A DNA stretch of 64,000 nt, from NCBI GenBank assembly GCA_017303455.1, contig JAFLBM010000020.1, positions 16,884-80,883 of the forward strand, written 5' to 3'. Of the stretch, positions 55,801-64,000 are shown piece after piece; position 1 is the first letter of the stretch; every line of letters begins with the position of its first letter. Source of the DNA: Chitinophagales bacterium. GTDB taxonomy: Bacteria > Bacteroidota > Bacteroidia > Chitinophagales > Chitinophagaceae. Below the pieces are notes generated by a model. The model was not told where the DNA came from, ran no database searches, and saw only the letters and a program-made list of their open reading frames with translations. Position numbers and translations under genes: made by a program.

Positions 55801-58316
55801 GGTGATACCACCGCATCTATTTTAAGATCATTATCAGAGATAGCACCTGCACAGGTACCATTGTTTGGTTGACGGGAAACAGCATCTGCTCTCCGGCCAG
55901 GGCTCCCGTTTATCCTGGGTCGTACAGTAACCCAATACAGTGAGTCTTTCGACAATCCACTGAAAGTATGACTAAGTGATGTTGTAGTGGTAACTGAAAC
56001 CATGTCATCTCCCTGCAACATCATAACCTCATAGTCCGTAGCACCGGGAACGGAAGTCCAGTTTATTTTGATATAGCCCTCACACTGTACTGCATCTAAC
56101 GAAACAGTATTCACCGTCAGGATTGTAAACGGCAAACTTGTCTGTGTAAGGCCTGTGCTGTTTTTGGTAATCCTGATCCTTGCCTGTTCAGTTGGGATAT
56201 TGGGTACCCCCCAGTTATAAATACGATTTGCAGCGGGGATAGTATTGCTTAATGTTGTCCAGTTGGTGCCGTTATCACTGGAAAACTCCAGGGTAAAATC
56301 ATTGGAAGTACCACCATAAGAATCCCACTGTATATACACTGTATCCAGGGCAGATACGGATGGCACCATCGCTTCCCCTCCAACAGGATTTGTCAGTACA
56401 AGACCGGCCGGAATTATATCGTACACTAAAAAATACTCCTGTGAGGGGTTTTGCGTAATAGCAGTTCCTTTTATCCTGATATCATAATTACCTGTTGCCG
56501 GATTATTGATAACCACCTGTTCAATATTATTGACATGATCAGCTCCCTGCGTAGCCGGGTTATTGACATTTGAATAAGCAGTATCTAATATGGCGGGCAG
56601 TGTAACTACACTGGAAGGATCCGCTACTTCCAGGTCAATATCATTCACCAGCGTCTTCGTCGCCATTACAGAAGCAGGGGGATCCTGCCAATACACCAAT
56701 ACCTTTAATTGTGCGGTGTTAGCGGGCACTGTTATCGTATGTGTATTCGTTATTGTATTTGCCACGGATGAATTGAAGTACGTTGTGTTATTCATCATCG
56801 TGATAGAACGCAACAGGTCCATCCGGCCCAATCCATACCGAAAATCAGGACCCGTATTCCCCTTATCCGCTGCGCCGTTACAAAACAGGGCTTTCATCAA
56901 ACCACTTTTGGGATTTGTACCTCCGTGTAACTGGCGGTACCGCTGAATTAAAAGAGCAAGCCCTCCCGAAACACCCGGAGCCGCCATACTGGTACCATTA
57001 TTATAACTGTAAATATTATTAACCCATGTTGATGCCACAAACTGTCCTTGGGACATGATTTCCGGTTTCAGCCTGCCATCCCTGACGGGTCCCCGACTGG
57101 AAAAACTACTGACATCGCTTTTGTAATCCGTACTGCCTACTGTCAAAACATTTTTGGCGGATTGATACCCACCCAATACTGTTCTGAAGCCTGCAGGGTT
57201 GGGAGTGCAGGTCCTGCTCCCATCATTACCCGCTGCAAATACCTGTTGTAATTCCGGGAGATCAATAGCCTGCTGATCCAGTATCCTTGACGTCAAATCA
57301 TACAAGCCATTATAAAAACAATCATTGGTGACAGTACCGAAGGAGTTATTGGTGATCACCATACCATAATCCTGCACATAAGCCGGGGCATTATTAAAAA
57401 TGCCTGAAAAGACCTGGCTTACAATGGTTGCCTTTGGTGCATAGCCGGTATATAGTTCTTTTATTAAACCTGCACCGGCTACTGTACCTGCCACATGAGT
57501 GGCATGTGCCTTGATTGAATTACCAGCACGATTAACAAGGTGTCCTGCTATATCCAGGTGCGATTGCACATCTCCATCATCGCCTATGCCGACTACTACA
57601 CCCTGTCCGTTCAGATTATACCCACCATACCCTAATGGTGCCCTGACAATATTTGCCCTTGATGCAGCCATACTGTTTGTATTGAGGGCCTGGTCTTCAT
57701 GGGGAACAGCCTGCACATATTCTACTATGGGCAAAGACGCAAGTTCGTCTAACCGGTTTATTGACAACCTCAATCCAAGAACCCGGTAGTTTTTATAATC
57801 AATATTATTTATCTCAAAATTTTTGACCTGCAGAACCTGTATTGCTTTTTCGGCCGAAACTGTTTTTGGGAAACTTATCCATACATCCACCTTACCGGAG
57901 ACCTTAACGGCATGTGCAGGAAAATTTCCCATTGCCAAACCAGCCTGCATTTTTTGCACCGGGGCCAGGTCAACAATTGCCCGGGCATTTACCCGTTGTA
58001 ATACTGAAATATCAACAGAACTTGTGACTGTTGCAGTGTATGCATAGTTAGGAATGTAATCAAGCAATTCTATTCCCGCCTGCGATAATTGCTTTCTTTC
58101 TGCCTGAGTGGGTATTTGTTCAAATTGTAAAACAAGAAAAGACAATCCCCCGGCAGATCGTGGTTGAATTGAATTAATTTTTTCCGGAGTAATATTTTTT
58201 GACGGTATAAAAGAACCACCCTGGAGTTGCAACATGAACCGGCTGTCATCCTGCGCCCATGAAGAAAAATTCACGAACAGGCATAGTGTTATCAGGGGAA
58301 TTGGATTGAACTTCAT
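52896..58316 (-). CDS. giant secreted S8-family (subtilisin-like) serine peptidase with T9SS C-terminal sorting domain
   Basis: The start is trimmed to MKFNPIPLITLCLFVNFSSWAQ (ATG 58316), giving 1806 aa. The triad context is VVVGIGDDGD (Asp), HATHVAGTVAG (His), NNSFG (oxyanion Asn) and NGTSMAAPGVSGG (Ser). The C-terminal roughly 80 aa (FPNPSSDVFNL...YLLEAGTGDKKQTFRLVKK) look like a type A T9SS sorting domain. Confidence 0.85.
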   Translation of the reverse strand: MKFNPIPLITLCLFVNFSSWAQDDSRFMLQLQGGSFIPSKNITPEKINSIQPRSAGGLSFLVLQFEQIPTQAERKQLSQAGIELLDYIPNYAYTATVTSSVDISVLQRVNARAIVDLAPVQKMQAGLAMGNFPAHAVKVSGKVDVWISFPKTVSAEKAIQVLQVKNFEINNIDYKNYRVLGLRLSINRLDELASLPIVEYVQAVPHEDQALNTNSMAASRANIVRAPLGYGGYNLNGQGVVVGIGDDGDVQSHLDIAGHLVNRAGNSIKAHATHVAGTVAGAGLIKELYTGYAPKATIVSQVFSGIFNNAPAYVQDYGMVITNNSFGTVTNDCFYNGLYDLTSRILDQQAIDLPELQQVFAAGNDGSRTCTPNPAGFRTVLGGYQSAKNVLTVGSTDYKSDVSSFSSRGPVRDGRLKPEIMSQGQFVASTWVNNIYSYNNGTSMAAPGVSGGLALLIQRYRQLHGGTNPKSGLMKALFCNGAADKGNTGPDFRYGLGRMDLLRSITMMNNTTYFNSSVANTITNTHTITVPANTAQLKVLVYWQDPPASVMATKTLVNDIDLEVADPSSVVTLPAILDTAYSNVNNPATQGADHVNNIEQVVINNPATGNYDIRIKGTAITQNPSQEYFLVYDIIPAGLVLTNPVGGEAMVPSVSALDTVYIQWDSYGGTSNDFTLEFSSDNGTNWTTLSNTIPAANRIYNWGVPNIPTEQARIRITKNSTGLTQTSLPFTILTVNTVSLDAVQCEGYIKINWTSVPGATDYEVMMLQGDDMVSVTTTTSLSHTFSGLSKDSLYWVTVRPRINGSPGRRADAVSRQPNNGTCAGAISDNDLKIDAVVSPASSGRIFTSTTLSSATAVTIRIKNLDDVVSSGNIDVSYSINGGAPVNATITSPLADIAAGSTIDYTFAATADLSAVGIYSIQVIATKASDPVVTNNSYTKVFKQLDNQPINAPQLPWLDNLESATVQTISTGQMGFNGLDRYDFVNGTVYGQARTFINTGIAYSGSKAITLDQNRYISGGNVDSLTATFNLATFNTATDDIRIDFRYKNHGQKANAADKVWIRGSDTDPWVEVYDLFANQNPADGSYKLAGSIEVSDSLAAHSQSFSTSFQVRWGQWGEYIAADNESAAGYTFDDIRIYRAVDDIQLISIDTPYTVACGLNTTVPVKITVRNTSNTAVNNIPVVLKVDGTVIATETIAAIPGSSSLQYTFTATANLSSTGNHLIETWVNFVTDNYRENDTARTVINNLPFISTFPYLQNFEAGDGSWYTGGTRSSWEYGTPMSAKIKRAASGTKAWKTNMTGYYNDAELSYLYSPCFNLSGMTTPTLSLSIAIDIEDCGVTLCDAAWVEYSTDGGAVWTKLGAMGQGTNWYNKAYAGNQLWSQQNYTRWHVATTALPTVNNSMLRLRFVFNSDEGVTKDGIAIDDVHIYDNIYGIYTGPSMGAPVMQSIPGGVNNWVDFTTGGKLVASVHPNNQNMGDTYAQAYIHTGAVRTSDGQYYHNRNITIKPDPSLVNLADSATVRFYFLDSETEALIAATGCGSCTKPSMAYELGVSKYSDPNDAVEDGSLGNSLGNYWSFINAINAVKVPFDQGYYAEFKVKDFSEFWLNNGGFDNNHPLPVQLISFSASKTTDRKNVMLNWKTASEFNVSRFEIELAKGNDEFRLNRFAKIGEVNSNGNSTIDQQYGFMDAENNKLGVRYYRLKIVDNDGSFSYSAVRSVVFTNEITWQVFPNPSSDVFNLVYQVNEGEVMTIKVYDAAGKTVYQSVVAGTGFIQKMSINMGASVYASGLYLLEAGTGDKKQTFRLVKK

Positions 58317-58402
58317 AGTCAATTGAATGAATTCTAAAAGTAATACAAATAGCCGGAAAAAACCAGCCCTGTTAGGGGTTGAACTACCCTGGAAAAAAAG
58401 GC

Positions 58403-61400
58403 TCAGGCAGGGATTGGAGCCCCTGCAAAACAATGACGGTGCAGCCCTGCCAGGAAACGGTGCATTTCCTCCATATCCTTAACGGGTTGTGCCACCAGCA
58501 GGAATAATTTACCTGTTTGCTTCAGCTTGCCTTTATTGGTGCCCGTTTGCAGGTATTGCAAAATATGATTGAAAAGATCCGACTCGAAATAAGGTGAATC
58601 GGGACGATTGATAAAGAAACAACGAAGTATATTATCCTTCAGCGACATTTTTTCAAAGCCAAGATCAACAGCCAGCTTGCGGCAGCGGACCGTAATAAAA
58701 AGATCATTTACTTGCTGCGGAACAGGGCCAAACCGGTCTTCCATTTCCTGCCGCATTGCTACCAGTTCTTCTTCTGATTCTGAATTATCGAGACGTTGGT
58801 ACAAAGACAATCTCTCTGTGATGCTTTCTACATATTCATCCGGAATCAGGATTTCCAGGTCGGTATCAATGGTACAATCCTGTACAAAGTCATCCTGTTT
58901 CGCTATTTCATCTTTGAATAATTCTTTGAACTCTGTACGCTTCAATTCACGGATCGCTTCATCCAGAATTTTCTGGTACATTTCAAACCCTATCTCCGCC
59001 ATAAAACCACTTTGCTCTCCACCCAATAAATTTCCGGCTCCGCGAATATCCAAATCCCGCATGGCAATCTGGAAACCACTACCGAGATCACTGTGTTGTT
59101 CCAATGTCTGTAATCTTTTCCTTGAATCAGCAGGCAGTGTACTCATCGGGGGTGACAACAAATAACAGAATGCTTTTTTATTACTGCGTCCCACCCGGCC
59201 TCTCAATTGATGAAGGTCGCTCAACCCAAACTGGTGAGCATTACTCACGATGATCGTATTGACATTCGGAATATCCACCCCGCTTTCCACGATATTGGTA
59301 CAAACCAGTACATCATAGCGCCGGTCAATAAAATCAAGGATCTTTTCTTCCAGTGTATGCCCTTCCATTTGTCCATGTGCAAACCCGATACTGAGATCAG
59401 GGCACAGGCCCTGTATGATAGCAGCCATTTCAGCCAGGCCTGCAATACGATTGTAAATGAAGAAGACCTGTCCCCCTCTTTCTGTTTCAAAATAAATAGC
59501 ATCGCGGATGAAATCTTCATTATATACCTGTACTTCTGTTTGTATCGGTTGCCGGTTAGGTGGTGGTGTATTAATAATACTGAGATCCCTTGCTCCCATC
59601 AGGGAGAACTGTAATGTTCTCGGTATTGGGGTTGCAGTCAGTGTCAGGCAATCAACTGTTGTACGTAAGGTTTTGATCTTTTCCTTATGGCCTACGCCGA
59701 ATTTCTGTTCTTCATCGATCACTAATAGACCAAGGTCTTTGAATTTTACTTCTTTGCCCAGGATGCCATGCGTGCCGATCAGTATATCGATCTTTCCTTC
59801 TTCCACCCGCTTCAATGTTTCTTTTTTCTCTTTAGCCGATTTAAAGCGATTGATATAATCAACCGTAACGGGGAAATCTTTTAAGCGGTCGCTGAAGGTT
59901 TTATAATGCTGGAAAGCAAGAATGGTGGTAGGAACCAATACAGCAGCCTGTTTGCCATCAATACAGGTTTTGAAAGCAGCCCGGATAGCTATTTCCGTTT
60001 TTCCAAATCCCACATCGCCGCAAACCAACCGGTCCATCGGGGACGGTGATTCCATATCTTTTTTTACATCGGCCGAAGCCTTGCTCTGGTCAGGCGTATC
60101 TTCATAAATAAAAGAAGCTTCCAGCTCTGTTTGCATGTAATTATCCGGGGAATGTACAAAACCCTGCTGCGCCTTTCTTTTTGCATAGAGCTTGATAAGA
60201 TCAAAAGCAATTTCTTTAACTCTCGTTTTTGTTTTCTCTTTCAGCTTATTCCAGACATCACTACCCAGCTTATTCACTTTGGGCACACTTCCATCCTTGC
60301 CCGTGTATTTAGTGATCTTATGCAGTGAATTAATATTTACATACAGAATATCACTGTCTTTGTAAATGATCCGGACAGCCTCCTGCAGGCGGCCATTTAC
60401 TTCTAATTTTTGCAAACCACTATATGTACCCACACCATGGTCAATATGCGTAACATAATCCCCGGGTTGTAATTCCCGGAGTGTCCGTAAGGTCAGCGCC
60501 TTATTTTTATTATACGCTTGTTTTACTTTGTATTTATGATACCGCTGAAACACCTGGTGGTCGGTGTAGCAAACGATCTTCAGATCTTCATCCACAAATC
60601 CCTCCGGGATAGAAATGGCCAGGGGATTAAACACCAGCCCTGCTTTCAGGTCATCAAAAATGGTTTGTAATCGCTCCAGTTGCTTGGGGTTCTCTGCAAA
60701 AAGATATAACTGAAATCCCTTGCCTTCCCAGCTTTTCAGGTCTTTGATCAGCAGGTCAAACTGCCGGTTAAAAGCCGGTTGTTCTTTGGTGTGAAATTCA
60801 ATTTCAACATCAGCAAGATGCCGCTGGTAGCCAAATTCAACAAGATGCTTCAGCTCCATACCTGCATCAGCATCGTTCATAGAAATAAAATCAGCGGAAG
60901 TTACTTTTTTCTTGATCAGTTTGTCATCTTCCTCTTCCTCCAGTCTTTTCCTTTCTTTTGACTGGTGGGGAGTTGCCATTTCTTTGATCTCTTCCTGCAC
61001 TCTCAGGAAAGCATGCAGGTCTTCTTCGCAATCGGCCAGTCGTTCTTTGCAGATGGCATGATCCTGTAACCATACAACGGTATTATCCGGCAGAAACTCA
61101 AACAGGGAAACCCGTTCTTCGTTCTCAAATTGTGTATCCACATTGGGAATGATACTTACCTGCAATAATTTCCGTTCGCTTAACTGTGTTTCGGGATCAA
61201 CAATGCGGATAGAGTCCACATCGTTGCCGAATAGTTCGATACGATAGGGTTTATCATTACCAAAAGAGTAAATATCCAAAATGCCGCCACGGATAGCAAA
61301 CTGACCCGGCTCATACACAAAATCCGTTCTTTCAAAACCATAATCACCCAGCTTCAGCAGGAGATCACCCGTATTGAGGACATCGCCTGTTTTGATATGG

Positions 61401-61876
61401 ATGATATTGGAAGAAAGTTTGGATGGCACCACTACTTTTTCAAACAAGGCATCGGGGTAAGTAACCAGTATCTTTTTATTAATACCCGATGTGCCAGCCG
61501 CTATTTTGGTCAGTGCCTCCGTCCGAAGCATCACATGCGAGGAATTCAGCAAGCGGTAATTCTTCCTGTTCTTAAAAGAAGAAGGGAAATAAAATATATC
61601 CAATGCCCCGGTCAGGTTCTCTAAGGAGTTATGAAAATAAGCGGCTTCTTCCGCATCATTCAATATCACCAGGTGATTGAGTTGGGAACAGGAAGGGTGT
61701 AAAAAAGTGGCCGCCACGGCAAACTGGGTAGAGCTGCCCTGCAGGTTCTTCAGGTAAATTTTTTGTGGTTGCCCGCCCGGATGATCCGTTCGGACGGGGG
61801 AAAAAGAGAGTCTGTCCGCCAGTTGAAAAAGGCGGGGGTTGTTTTGATACTGATCCAGCAATTCCTGTACACTCAT
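58403..61876 (-). CDS. mfd: transcription-repair coupling factor
   Basis: 1157 aa. It has a UvrB-homology N-terminus, a CarD/TRCF RNAP-interaction region, superfamily 2 helicase motifs (GDVGFGKTE, VIDEEQKFG, LTATPIPRT, QLRGRVGRS) and a TRCF C-terminal domain. Confidence 0.95.
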   Translation of the reverse strand: MSVQELLDQYQNNPRLFQLADRLSFSPVRTDHPGGQPQKIYLKNLQGSSTQFAVAATFLHPSCSQLNHLVILNDAEEAAYFHNSLENLTGALDIFYFPSSFKNRKNYRLLNSSHVMLRTEALTKIAAGTSGINKKILVTYPDALFEKVVVPSKLSSNIIHIKTGDVLNTGDLLLKLGDYGFERTDFVYEPGQFAIRGGILDIYSFGNDKPYRIELFGNDVDSIRIVDPETQLSERKLLQVSIIPNVDTQFENEERVSLFEFLPDNTVVWLQDHAICKERLADCEEDLHAFLRVQEEIKEMATPHQSKERKRLEEEEDDKLIKKKVTSADFISMNDADAGMELKHLVEFGYQRHLADVEIEFHTKEQPAFNRQFDLLIKDLKSWEGKGFQLYLFAENPKQLERLQTIFDDLKAGLVFNPLAISIPEGFVDEDLKIVCYTDHQVFQRYHKYKVKQAYNKNKALTLRTLRELQPGDYVTHIDHGVGTYSGLQKLEVNGRLQEAVRIIYKDSDILYVNINSLHKITKYTGKDGSVPKVNKLGSDVWNKLKEKTKTRVKEIAFDLIKLYAKRKAQQGFVHSPDNYMQTELEASFIYEDTPDQSKASADVKKDMESPSPMDRLVCGDVGFGKTEIAIRAAFKTCIDGKQAAVLVPTTILAFQHYKTFSDRLKDFPVTVDYINRFKSAKEKKETLKRVEEGKIDILIGTHGILGKEVKFKDLGLLVIDEEQKFGVGHKEKIKTLRTTVDCLTLTATPIPRTLQFSLMGARDLSIINTPPPNRQPIQTEVQVYNEDFIRDAIYFETERGGQVFFIYNRIAGLAEMAAIIQGLCPDLSIGFAHGQMEGHTLEEKILDFIDRRYDVLVCTNIVESGVDIPNVNTIIVSNAHQFGLSDLHQLRGRVGRSNKKAFCYLLSPPMSTLPADSRKRLQTLEQHSDLGSGFQIAMRDLDIRGAGNLLGGEQSGFMAEIGFEMYQKILDEAIRELKRTEFKELFKDEIAKQDDFVQDCTIDTDLEILIPDEYVESITERLSLYQRLDNSESEEELVAMRQEMEDRFGPVPQQVNDLFITVRCRKLAVDLGFEKMSLKDNILRCFFINRPDSPYFESDLFNHILQYLQTGTNKGKLKQTGKLFLLVAQPVKDMEEMHRFLAGLHRHCFAGAPIPA

Positions 61877-61884
61877 GAGAACTG

Positions 61885-61892
61885 CAAAGATA
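61885..61892 (-). promoter_or_regulatory. candidate -7 box (TATCTTTG on the minus strand) for mfd
   Basis: Plus-strand CAAAGATA at 61885-61892 lies 8 nt upstream of the mfd ATG (61876), directly after the preceding terminator hairpin. Confidence 0.4.
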
Positions 61893-61894
61893 AA

Positions 61895-61932
61895 AAGAAA
61901 AGCTCACCCTGAAACAAGGTGAGCTTTTATCA
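61895..61932 (-). terminator. terminator of the BNR/T9SS gene (hairpin usable on both strands)
   Basis: Stem AGCTCACC (61901-61908) pairs with GGTGAGCT (61918-61925). AAAAGAAA lies upstream and TTTTAT downstream. Confidence 0.8.
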
Positions 61933-61944
61933 AAACAGAAAATA

Positions 61945-64000
61945 TTACTTAATAAATTTCTGAACGAAATGCTCTTTTTTATCACCTGTTATTTTTACTA
62001 CATACGCACCGGCAGGAAGTTTATCCAGGTTAATACTCATATTCTGGTAGCGGCTTTGTGTTTGGTACACCTGCTGCCCGCTGATATTAAATAGTTGCAC
62101 TGACATTTTTTGCGTCTGCAATGTACCGGTTACGATCTGCAACTGGTTATTCTGCGAACTGATGTACTTAATAAACCCTTTGGTGATAGTATTGTTGGAC
62201 ACACCCGTTACCACGGTGGGTATGGTGGTGGTAAACAATCCGCGGCCATGGGTGGCAGCCACCACCGTATTGTCTGATGACCTGTATTTCAGCATATCTG
62301 TTCTTACATTAGCAAGGCCGGTATTGTTGGGAATCCATTGTGTGGCTGCACCGGCAATTGCGGAGGTGGTCCACACGCCTAATTCTGTTCCTAATAAAAC
62401 TCCTCCATTACCTCCAGCGGCACCGTTCAGTTGTGCATTCGCCGGGGCAAAAATGGCCCAGCGAACCGGCATATCCGGCAGGTTACCTTCAATGCTCGTA
62501 AAGCTTGCACCCCCGTTGGTGCTTTCGAAAACACTCGGCACTCCAAAGTTGGAAAGTGTAACAATAAGGTGGTTTGGATTGGCCGGGTTGATATCTATAG
62601 AAGAAATTGCGGCATTGGCAATGGTGCCAACATTAGCCGCTGATACTACAGTGGGAGTAGTGGTATTAGCAGAAGTTATTTTGTAAACCTGCGGAATACC
62701 GCCAAAGGAGCCGCCAACATAGATAGTATTGATGGATGAAACATCCACTTTCACAGCAGTAAGTTCTCTTGGAGCCATACCTGTTACCGTGGCAATATTA
62801 CCCGTGGGTGTGCCGGTTAAATTAGAAATAAAATAATAGCGGCCCGCATCATCTCCACAGTAAAGTACTTTAGTATTGTCATCGAGGTCAGTAGGATTAA
62901 TGAACTGGCCCCTGTTATTGTTTACACCAAAACCGGCCATTGAAGAGAAACTGGAGCCCCCGTTTAATGAACGGGTATAATTATTACCTGTAAATGCAGT
63001 TACCTGCAGCAAACCATCCGTTTGATCAATATGGCAAAAGCCTCCATCTCCACCACTTGCATTGGTGGTAGAGTTAATACCAGCACTGCTGAATTTTTGC
63101 GTACCATTATCCTGTGCCCCTGCTAAAAAATAATTAACCGTTGTTGGGTGATGATCACAGGCATAATATTGCGTCACATTATACCCATTATTTTTATTGG
63201 CAAAAGAGGGCGATGCTACATTTATGTTTTCAGAATAATAAATACCCCCATCATTCCCATTGACCAATTTTGTAGAACCAATAAAGATTAACGCATGATG
63301 ATCAACATGTACGGTACCACTGTTGGTGATGGTAGTCCAGGTATCCCCTCCATCAACAGACCTGGCCAGGTTAAGACCACCAACTACAATGATATTGGCA
63401 TTATTAGGGTCCACAGCTCCGATCAGGTTATACCAGGTTTGCGAAGCAGCACCGTTATTCAGTGCTGCCGGAGCAGTCAGTGTGGTCCAGGTAACTCCTC
63501 CGTCTGATGAACGAAATACATTTAATACCTGGGTGGTGGCACTATCCTGCATCAGCAAATAAACCCGTTGCGGGTCGGAGGGAGCCAGTACGATTTCGGT
63601 ACGCTGAGTAGGAGTGGGTGTTACCGGGGTTATATCAACCCAGGTGCCCAATGCCCCGGTATTGGCCCCGTTTACAGCAAAAGATGATTTCATAACCACA
63701 CTCCGGTTGGTAAAAGCCGCACCTACCAATCCAAGGCTCGCATACACATCCCCGTTGCTGGCTACTTCCAGGTCGGCGGCACGACCGGTACCAAAAGGCT
63801 GACCGGTTGTAGGATTATTCAACGGTGCCCCTAATACCTGCGTCCAGGTTGTGCCTCCATCAGTAGAACGCTGAATACCTCTTGAGGAAGAAGTCAGGTT
63901 TCGAAGGGAGGCATAGATATTTCCATTATTATCTATTGCTAAATCCTGCACATATTCGAAGGTTGTAACAGCGGGTGTTGTTACTATAGTGGAAGGCAGT
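61945..64000 (-). CDS. BNR/Asp-box repeat protein with T9SS C-terminal sorting domain; the N-terminus lies outside the window
   Basis: Asp-box motifs STDGGTTWT, SSDGGVTWT, SVDGGDTWT and STNGGASFT. The C-terminal sorting-domain-like tail is QLFNISGQQVYQ...GAYVVKITGDKKEHFVQKFIK. The frame stays open upstream of the GTG at 63951 to position 64000, so the gene is 5'-truncated by the window. Confidence 0.75.
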   Translation of the reverse strand, partial: LPSTIVTTPAVTTFEYVQDLAIDNNGNIYASLRNLTSSSRGIQRSTDGGTTWTQVLGAPLNNPTTGQPFGTGRAADLEVASNGDVYASLGLVGAAFTNRSVVMKSSFAVNGANTGALGTWVDITPVTPTPTQRTEIVLAPSDPQRVYLLMQDSATTQVLNVFRSSDGGVTWTTLTAPAALNNGAASQTWYNLIGAVDPNNANIIVVGGLNLARSVDGGDTWTTITNSGTVHVDHHALIFIGSTKLVNGNDGGIYYSENINVASPSFANKNNGYNVTQYYACDHHPTTVNYFLAGAQDNGTQKFSSAGINSTTNASGGDGGFCHIDQTDGLLQVTAFTGNNYTRSLNGGSSFSSMAGFGVNNNRGQFINPTDLDDNTKVLYCGDDAGRYYFISNLTGTPTGNIATVTGMAPRELTAVKVDVSSINTIYVGGSFGGIPQVYKITSANTTTPTVVSAANVGTIANAAISSIDINPANPNHLIVTLSNFGVPSVFESTNGGASFTSIEGNLPDMPVRWAIFAPANAQLNGAAGGNGGVLLGTELGVWTTSAIAGAATQWIPNNTGLANVRTDMLKYRSSDNTVVAATHGRGLFTTTIPTVVTGVSNNTITKGFIKYISSQNNQLQIVTGTLQTQKMSVQLFNISGQQVYQTQSRYQNMSINLDKLPAGAYVVKITGDKKEHFVQKFIK

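Noticed and set aside
58317-58433. The apparent 31-nt overlap between the S8 peptidase ORF and the mfd 3' end.
   Set aside because: It is an artefact of the longest-ORF call. The signal peptide begins at ATG 58316, which leaves an 86-nt spacer.

Overview
The window is about 64 kb of densely packed chromosomal DNA that looks like Bacteroidota, possibly Chitinophagales-like. This is inferred from a PorX-type REC-PglZ regulator, T9SS C-terminal sorting domains, a fused lpxC-fabZ gene and TAnnTTTG promoter boxes. It cannot be verified without a database search. I call 56 protein-coding genes. Two run off the window ends, and one of those is missing from the ORF track. I saw no rRNA, tRNA, CRISPR array, transposase or integrase. 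Most of the content is housekeeping: gltA, tgt, rsmG, rsmI, purS, pssA, pckA, dxs, scpA, mscL, frr, rbfA, lpxD, lpxC-fabZ, gyrB and mfd. There are also several peptidases (M1, two M28, M24B, DUF922), three two-component modules, ABC/LptFG/LolCE-type envelope genes, and two very large T9SS-sorted secreted proteins flanking mfd. The one clearly accessory element is a compact type II restriction-modification cassette (m5C methyltransferase plus NgoMIV/Cfr10I-like endonuclease) inserted directly behind the gyrB terminator. I did not find a convincing large novel multi-gene system. The observations I would follow up are listed here. (1) A very AT-rich 7TM membrane gene overlaps a sensor-less histidine kinase gene, and a U8 slippery tract sits exactly where a -1 shift would fuse the two. 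(2) An exported caspase-like (clan CD) protease forms an operon with a lipoprotein, next to a secreted poly-Q-tailed protein. (3) Near-identical palindromes bracket an orphan NarL-type regulator. (4) Five short intergenic spacers each carry a locus-specific tandem word plus an inverted copy of that word. All coordinates and motifs were read by hand. Family assignments are from memory of conserved motifs and need HMM or BLAST confirmation.
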